Shown piece after piece: positions 55,701 through 64,000 of a stretch of 64,000 bases of DNA; positions within the stretch are counted from its first letter, which is position 1; each line of letters opens with the position of its first letter. The translations under genes were made by a program, and so were the position numbers. A model generated the notes under the pieces. The model saw only the letters and a list, made by a program, of their open reading frames with translations, made no database searches and was not told where the DNA came from. This stretch comes from Iphione sp. A-MEVVRFRX5 (Eukaryota): assembly GCA_976226885.1 (NCBI GenBank), contig OZ320319.1, positions 31,744,001 through 31,808,000 on the forward strand, written 5' to 3'.

Positions 55701-57508
55701 ACTATTTGTTTTTACGGTTCCAAACCACGGGATAGCATGTGATACTGAGAAGGGGGGCACGGAACGGCAGGGGGGACTGGAGGTTTTGAATGCGTCCGAG
55801 AGACTTGGCCGGCCTGGAGTGGTGCCGTTATCTTTGTGTGCGCGGACTATACATGTACTTGCTTAGAGGCCGTGCAATCACGGCCATTGTGTAAGAGCAC
55901 GGTTACATAAGTCAATAGTCCATCATCAGCTGCACGGAAGCACATTACACAAGCCCAGCTGACGGGTCCCTGACCAGTCCTCCCTCCCTCCCTCCCCCCT
56001 CCCCCCTCGCGCTCACGGCGTCTCAAGGGACGCTGCTATCAAGGCCGCCTGAGCCATTCTGCGCCACAATCCTATGTACTTCTTCTCGTGTGGCCCGGCT
56101 TTGAGCCGCTGCCGCCAGTGGCAATGGCGCAGCTCGGCCGTCATCATTATAAATTGTCTCTCTATGCAGGCAGCGGTACGTCTAGAGCCTCAATGCGGCC
56201 CCTTTACACCAGAGCGGCACAATGGCGACATTTAGCCGTGTCTGCATCAAGACCGATGGCTCTCATTATTTAATATCCCGCATACCAGAGGAGGCAATCT
56301 GGTGCATTATGCAATCGCTGTTCCCGTGTGCCATCCAATTAAGAAGTGTGTGTCCAGCGCCCATGCTTGGCCGGGCGTGTGCTGTGCACGGTCCTAATGT
56401 GGACAGGCATTGTGGCGGTCGCCGGTGCGACACGCAGCCGCCCCGCTGCAAAGTCACAACTGGCTGTACTACTTACTCCGCTCCACCGCCTCCTCTAAAA
56501 CAAAAGCGCCGACTTTCCGACTTGACGTCGGATCCTCTAACTGGCCACGACCAAAGTTAAGTAACAAATTCCTAGCCATGCATACCGGATACGGCCAGGC
56601 GAAGTAGCCCGATGCACACGTTTACGGCGCCAGACCATGTGGCCCCGGTGAGGGCTAACCAAGTGGAGCTATGCTATTACTGGGAGCCGGTCTGCGCGTC
56701 TCCCACTGGAAATGAATCGTGACACTCTTCATTACCACGTTAATGTGCACTGAAATCAGCGTCCTTCAAACAGGCGAATATTTGCTGTGGTGCTAATTAT
56801 GCGCACATTAAACATGTATTAATCAAACATAAACGTCACGAACAACTACCATTACTCGTTTATCAACCGTGACAAATATCTATCAAACGGCCCCGACGTA
56901 ATCAGTCTCAGCAACGCCGAGGACTCTCGCCACCAAAACTGACTAACTTTTTTTAGGGGATCGGCACTGGAGGGGGGGGGGAGCTGAAGGCATAACAGAA
57001 TATATTGCACGAAAAACTATTGATGAACCGCGGGGAAATTCACAAAGTGTGACATGAATTTACTGGACAGCAGCAGAGAGGGGCCAGTTCGCTGACAAGG
57101 TAATGAGCGTAATTTTTCAAACGCCGCCATGCTTATCGGTCATCGTGCCATAAAAACGACTCGACCGGCCATTTCGACATGCTCGCCCGTGGCCGCAACT
57201 GCGGCGTATGTCACGGGAACTTGGATACAAGCAGCGCCCAATCCAGAACCATGAATATTAATAGCGCTTCGCCAACTGTTTGTCCGACTGATTGCTCATT
57301 ACTCAAGATGCACCCTGGGCCAATCGGCATTCAAATGATGTCATCGGCGCCGGTCCAGCCGAGTTTTCCCTCTGGTGGCCATAGGTGGAACTGTGGCCGC
57401 ATCCTGCTCTACCACTGATTCTGCTGGTTGGTACTGCAACGCGGGATACGTGAAGGGTTTTTTTTAAATGTAAACTAAGAGGGGGGTCTGGAATTCCATG
57501 TGTAAACA

Positions 57509-57510
<2 letters not shown>

Positions 57511-57560
<50 letters not shown>
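57511..57560. repeat. (CA)25 microsatellite
   Basis: Perfect dinucleotide run. Confidence 0.98.
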
Positions 57561-57562
<2 letters not shown>

Positions 57563-58049
57563 TGCGCTGACTGAAGCCAACTCTGACCCAAGAGACCTTC
57601 GAAGTCGAGCGAGGCGCCTGTGGGGTGTCCAGGCACACGATATTCCCATCTATCAGGCGATCTGTTAGATCCGATCTACTGGATGTAATCTTTTAATTCT
57701 GACTTTATTTGACCTTTCTTTCACATTTGTTGATCCAGTCGAATATGCCGAGCAATGAAAATGGGAGCGACAATAGATACGGCTGCAACTCCAACCAGCT
57801 CCGGACGGGTGCTGATGCAATGGCTTAGGAGTGCGAGCAAATAAACCGGCTCGGCCCGGCCCACTCTTCAGCTGCAGCTGGTGTAATCACATGGGATGAC
57901 GCCTGCACGCAGTTAAAAGCCGTTCTAATCCGTGTCAACAATACTTGCGCGAGATGCCACATTTCCCAACGTTTCCCGAATCGTCCTGTCTAACCACCGC
58001 CATTCCAGAGTCTTTACTAGTTCTACCGTTTTATTAACGCCTTGCAAGC

Positions 58050-58694
58050 NNNNNNNNNNNNNNNNNNNNNNNNNNNNNNNNNNNNNNNNNNNNNNNNNNN
58101 NNNNNNNNNNNNNNNNNNNNNNNNNNNNNNNNNNNNNNNNNNNNNNNNNNNNNNNNNNNNNNNNNNNNNNNNNNNNNNNNNNNNNNNNNNNNNNNNNNNN
58201 NNNNNNNNNNNNNNNNNNNNNNNNNNNNNNNNNNNNNNNNNNNNNNNNNNNNNNNNNNNNNNNNNNNNNNNNNNNNNNNNNNNNNNNNNNNNNNNNNNNN
58301 NNNNNNNNNNNNNNNNNNNNNNNNNNNNNNNNNNNNNNNNNNNNNNNNNNNNNNNNNNNNNNNNNNNNNNNNNNNNNNNNNNNNNNNNNNNNNNNNNNNN
58401 NNNNNNNNNNNNNNNNNNNNNNNNNNNNNNNNNNNNNNNNNNNNNNNNNNNNNNNNNNNNNNNNNNNNNNNNNNNNNNNNNNNNNNNNNNNNNNNNNNNN
58501 NNNNNNNNNNNNNNNNNNNNNNNNNNNNNNNNNNNNNNNNNNNNNNNNNNNNNNNNNNNNNNNNNNNNNNNNNNNNNNNNNNNNNNNNNNNNNNNNNNNN
58601 NNNNNNNNNNNNNNNNNNNNNNNNNNNNNNNNNNNNNNNNNNNNNNNNNNNNNNNNNNNNNNNNNNNNNNNNNNNNNNNNNNNNNNNNNNNNNN
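58050..58694. other. Assembly gap (645 N)
   Basis: Run of N seen directly. Confidence 0.99.
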
Positions 58695-59337
58695 CTATCA
58701 TCTCGCCCCAATGCCACTTTAGTGTGTGCCTTTCGCTTCTTCTAGCTCGACCTCCCATGTGCAGGGTGGCAGAGATAAAGGACTGACTGGCTGCGGCAGG
58801 CCGGGCTTCAATGAGTATTTTCACCCGGGATGGCGACTGCACCCTGCCACCTAACCTGGCAGCGAGTGGTGTAAATGTGGAGGTGCAGTGGGTCCGATTG
58901 ATTCACGCGGCAAGGCGTAAAGGAGCGTGTTCGTACATGTAGCACCAAGATGAAGCTGCAAGTCGGCCGACTGCTCAATCATTTACATCTAATTTATCGC
59001 CATTTCCATTTTTTTCGCCCATTTCAATGCCGAGTGGGCGTTCTTTGTGTCTTTTCGCGATAACAGGCGTGCAAAAAACATGACAGCTTGAAGAAAGAAT
59101 TTTATGTGGTTATTGGCAGGACGACTTCCAAGTAGGGAAACCTTAAGATACCGCAAGCACGAGTTTACATTAATATGTCACGTTTTGCCACGTCTGCCAT
59201 CAAGAATAAGGTCAGAGGATGACACCTGGAGATCAAATTCAAGCAAGTTCTAATAACTATGTACAGCAAAAATGAATGTGAGCTTAAACATATATACTTG
59301 TAGCTATAAATAGTATCCAAGTGTGGGTGTTTGATAC

Positions 59338-59365
59338 ACTCACCTGTTATGTGAACATAAATGTA
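59338..59365 (-). other. Second, weaker candidate recursive splice site
   Basis: Minus strand reads tacatttatgttcacataacag|gtgagt, with ~50 nt free of AG upstream. The tract is U/A-rich rather than purely pyrimidine. Confidence 0.3.
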
Positions 59366-59937
59366 TATATATGCAAATGAAAGGCGACACCAGCTCAATA
59401 CAAAGTTGCAGCACATGCAGCCCTTGTGTGTTGAAGATGTTATTATCTTGATTCTTGAAGCGGGCCAGCTAAAGAAAGGTCGGGCCGTGCGATAATTCCG
59501 TCCGCCATGATGACTGGCCCTGTTGGTTTCACACGTGCACGACCTCACCTAATTGGTTATTGTAAGCCAGGTCGAAGGCGGTCGTGAAAAATTGATTTCC
59601 TAACCAGGCTAAACGTTACTCTGTGTGAGGCTTGATGGTATCAGAATAGGAGCGGGGATGGGCGGTGGCCTATGGACAAAAAAAATAAAACGGGCGAGCC
59701 GCGCGGAGTGGAGCCGAGGCAGGATCGAGGTGGGGGGCGGGTGGGAGGGGAGGTGGGCAGTCGTCAAAGAGACACCCGTCTGTGGCCGTGGTGTGAAACG
59801 TCGATAACGGCGCTACGGCCGCTTCGACGGCCTCGTTCGACGTTACGCGCACCGCTCTATCTACGTGCGCAGCGTTCCGCGCTGGCCTTCCATGCGTGCG
59901 CGCTCGCGTTTGCATGCCACCTGAACATGTCGCCACC

Positions 59938-59955
59938 GCCGCCGCCGCCGCCGCC
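59938..59955. repeat. (GCC)6 trinucleotide run
   Basis: Seen directly. Confidence 0.9.
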
Positions 59956-60386
59956 AATATCATGGGGCTCCCCTTCTTTTCAATTCCCCCGACTAACAAC
60001 GGTCTTCTTTCGGGCCGAATATCAGCGGCGAACACATTCACGGGTTCCGCATTTCGCCCTCATTCGTCTTTTCATGGGTCCACTGCTACACGCGCCAATT
60101 GGCAGGGAGGGGTGGCGGGGGGTGGGGGATGGGGAGGAGGTGGAGGAGTGGGAGGGGGCTATGGCCATTTTTGTGCCGATATTTTCGCATGCCACCTCTG
60201 ATCGCCGCCACGCGCTTCCCGTTAGCAATGTTCATCACGGCGTCCTACACCATTTCCCTGACAAATCCATCAATGTTGCATGCCCCGTCCCATCAGGGGT
60301 CGGCCGGGCCCTAGGCCTCATTACAAGCCAACGTTTTGCGTGTCCACTTCTTCGACTGTTGTTCTTTTCCAACTGAATTCCGAAAG

Positions 60387-60417
60387 TTTTTTTTTTTTTT
60401 TTTTTTGGGGGGGGGGG
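60387..60417. repeat. Compound homopolymer T20G11
   Basis: T 60387-60406; G 60407-60417. Confidence 0.95.
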
Positions 60418-60774
60418 TTGCACGGGTAGAGGGAGTGGGGATGGAACTGGAAAAAAAGAATGAATGTTGCCATACGAGCTGCAATATGAAGAGGATTGGT
60501 CTTTAAACGGGCTAGTCCAACTGATTCCCGGTCTTATTTTATTCATGGGAAAATGGACTCGTCATCGTCATTGGGCTATTTAGCAATTAGAGCGATACTC
60601 CACCACTTTAGGAGGACCAAATTACCCCCGCCAATCGTTTATTACAAAATGTGATACTGTTCCGACATATTATTTCGATCATACCACTCCAGAGTGGCAA
60701 CGATTTATTGGACCACTTCTCGTGTCGTTCATGCGAAGTTATTGATAAATTCGGTTGTTGCTGGCGTTGGTTTT

Positions 60775-60792
60775 GTTGTTGTTGTTGTTGTT
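60775..60792. repeat. (GTT)6 trinucleotide run
   Basis: Seen directly. Confidence 0.9.
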
Positions 60793-63700
60793 TTTTCAGG
60801 GAACTCTATCTCACATAGTCATGTATCTGCACATTGTCCGCCATTCTAAGTCCTAATACCCTAGCAACTGTAGGTGCAATCATGGCAGGCCGAGGCTCGG
60901 GGACGAAGCCATGTAGACGACACGTCGCCGCCATGACCCGCTACGGGCGGCAGGCGGCGAGTCGGAGGTGTAGTGTTGACTGTCCTGGCCGGCAGGGGGA
61001 GCGGACGTCACCTTCAGCCACTCCAAGGCGCCATCAATACGGACGCTGGTCTGGCGGCGGCCACATGGCAGCACGTGGCTGTCCACCCACCAACGTCAGT
61101 CGCTGGCTTCCAGCAGGACTTCCCCCTCCTGCTGAGGCGCCCACTCACCACATCCCGACGAGAGCTACTAAACCTCGTTAGCCACAATTGTCGAGGACAA
61201 CCTTCTGGAGGTTTTTTTCCCCCTGCTTTTCCAAACACACGAATCCGCGTCCGCGTACAAGTATCGATATATCAAACACCGAATATGTTTTCAGTACGGC
61301 CAGTAATCTTACTCGGTTAAAGAAATGAATAAATGACGAGGAAGGCGAGCGTTTGGCCAGATGGGTTGGTGTGACAGGAATCAATCGAATCCCACAGGAC
61401 GACTGTGGCTATGGTCGCGTGCGGAGCCTCCTCACTATACGAGTGCGTATACGGGGGCGCCTGTGTACGGAATATTGATAAATTATATCTTGGCTGATGG
61501 TAATATGTCATCATGTACATGCTTTCCGAATTATAAACCTCCCTGTACGGCCCAGCTGACTGGTCGGGATGAACATATTTGCCATTATTATGAGGACTCC
61601 ACTCCCCCCCCCCTTACGCCGCCCAGCGTGCGCTGGCGTAGCAAGACGTGGGTAAAGAGCATTGTGTCGTATCTCGGTTCTCCTTTCAGTCAGGCTGGCC
61701 GACGGATCTATACTATAAACTATTAGCCTTGTGTGGGTGGAGCGCAGCCATTCTACATACAAATTGTCAACAACAAAACCAAAAAAAACTGCTGACGCGG
61801 TTCAAGGAAGATCACTTATTACAGATTCGATGTGTAGAGGGCCTGCTTTGATTGGGTTTCAACGACAACTTCGATCAGATGTATATTTGATTGATTATGA
61901 GCTTTTAAACAGAAGGCATCACTTGACAGACAAGATCATCCACCCAAGTAACGTATTTCATCTTCCAATGAATTCCATTCTGGTTGTGTGTGTATTTTTT
62001 TTCATGGTAACATTTCACAACTGAATTTCATAGCCTTAAATTTCGCTTACTTAATACGTTCTTTGTTTAAGAAAAAAAAATACATTCAGATTGACCTTCT
62101 TTCAAAATCTAGTTGCAGAATGCAACAGTGAAAACAGCAATGATGTCTTGTGACTCAGCTGGTAGCTTCAAACTGTTGCCATTCAGAACATCATGAAAGC
62201 GACTTTTGCTGCAAAATAAAGGCCACTGAAAGCAGAAATTGTGTCAAGTAAATAAGACTAATGAGACGTGGTCTTTTCCATTGTTCTCTCTGTAGGTCCG
62301 CTTACAAAAATAAATCACACGAACAAAAAGTGATGCTGGCAATTTTAGAATTGGCATTTACGTCGGTGCTGGACCCGGTTATGACTAGGACACTTCTCCA
62401 ACACCTAGCCGTCGGTAAATATAAAGGTCTTTAAAAAAAGGCGTTCAAGAGCAGGTACGAGGTCCTGTTGACTCATCGTGAATACTAAGCATCAAAACCA
62501 GTGAAGATTACTTCTGAGAGCAACTGTATCGGCAAGGGCTTAAATGACAAACTAAATACAACGGAGGGACTTTACTTAATATCTCTCAAGTACCAAACAA
62601 ACATTCCCGTGGTGACAACGTGATTTGATAAAAGGCTAATGAAAGCATCCATTCAGTACATACCACATACGAAAAGAAAAAACAACTAGACCATACAACT
62701 GCCGATGTCTAAATTAAGAGTACTGGCTTTCAACAATGCACTCGGCCTTTCCATCCACATAACGTCCCTATACGAGAATGTGACAATGTGGTAATGGCTG
62801 CGTTGCTTTGTATAGTATTACACGTCTTTCCGCGTTCACCTGCGGTACTGTAGTCGATGTAACTGAGAGAAGTGCATACAATCCACAGTCGGGAGTAATA
62901 AAGCAGGCCGTACACGAGGACATGTATTTATCATATGCATCTATTGCCGGCGCTCATAGTACTGTATTGTTTAGTGACGATGGCGGCCCTTCAGATTGTG
63001 AGGGTCGAAGTTGGCCTGAAAAGAAGGGCTTGGCATGTCTGTACAACTGGCCTGTGCACCTTTGATGTGGGCGATATCGTGTGGGCGATCCACATACTGA
63101 ATATAGCTGTGTCAGCTTGAAGGTCTCACAGCCCTCTGTCAGCACTAGCTGGTGGAGGCTGACTAGCTACACGTATACACCTCTCCTTCCTACAGACTAT
63201 CTCTTCACATATCTACCAAAGAAACGATATACTATCGAGACTACAATGACTTCGCTAGATATAATCGCTTGACTGAAACCAGGAGGACGAAAATACATAT
63301 ATGTGTACACGAATTCAAGTGAACCAAATTATGTGTAAACAACATGGAATCCACACTCCCCATTAGAACAATGTCTATGGTCCCCCGCCAGCCACTCAAC
63401 CAAGGGAAACTAATTAGTTCTGGCTGGGCGAACACACTATGACACAGCTACACGTATCAAATCAAACATACATATATGTATGTATTAGTTAAAGTCCGAG
63501 GACCAGCGATTACACGATATAATGGACGAGGTGACGAAGTCACCAAGTACATTATAGAGTGTGAGCTGGTCCGAGGATTTTAACTGATTTAAACCCCCCC
63601 CCCCCTTGCCTGTGCGATGTGCCGATGACGTCTACAAGAATTAATTCCACCGAGTCGATAGACGAGGTGGCCATTCTACCCCTGGGATCAGTCAAGAAGG

Positions 63701-64000
63701 TTTTACAATAATATAGCACACAGTTTAGAAGGTTTTTGGTGGAAACAGGAATTCAATAATATAAACGTAATAGTTAAGAAGGTATATTACTAATTTCCAC
63801 GCTAAAAAACCAGAAAAATATGAACAATTCTCTTATATCTGCTATTTTTATTCAATAAACCCTGCCATTGTCTCGGACGACTCGGACTGCACGAACCACC
63901 AAAGCGTCAGGCGCTTCAAGTGGATTTGTGCGCGATGCAGGGGATTAGTATTGTCATGTCGGTCAGAGTGTATTCAGGGATTATAGAGGGTAAAATCGAG

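Noticed and set aside
62808-63065. ORF containing VLFSDD, like the first DDE aspartate motif of Tc1 transposases
   Set aside because: No further Tc1 motifs in frame and no terminal inverted repeats seen.

Overview
This is eukaryotic (animal-like) draft-assembly DNA with three N gaps. I found no supportable protein-coding gene, rRNA/tRNA/snRNA gene, recognisable miRNA, CRISPR array or intact transposon. The listed ORFs are short, overlap on both strands, follow GC-rich or low-complexity tracts, or only span gaps. The window alternates GC/CpG-rich blocks with AT-rich spacers and carries many G/C homopolymer runs, a few microsatellites and one degenerate ~100-bp tandem array. It reads as a gene desert or giant intron of a regulated gene. 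The ~14 copies of TACATGTA suggest a marine invertebrate such as amphioxus, but that is only my recollection of such genomes. The best signals are all motif-level: (i) two same-strand AG|GT recursive-splice-site candidates ~30 kb apart on the minus strand; (ii) four nuclear-receptor half-sites at DR0/DR5/DR8 spacings within 37 bp; (iii) paired RFX X-boxes, CTCF-like sites and a TALE decamer. None amounts to a demonstrated new system without alignment or expression data.
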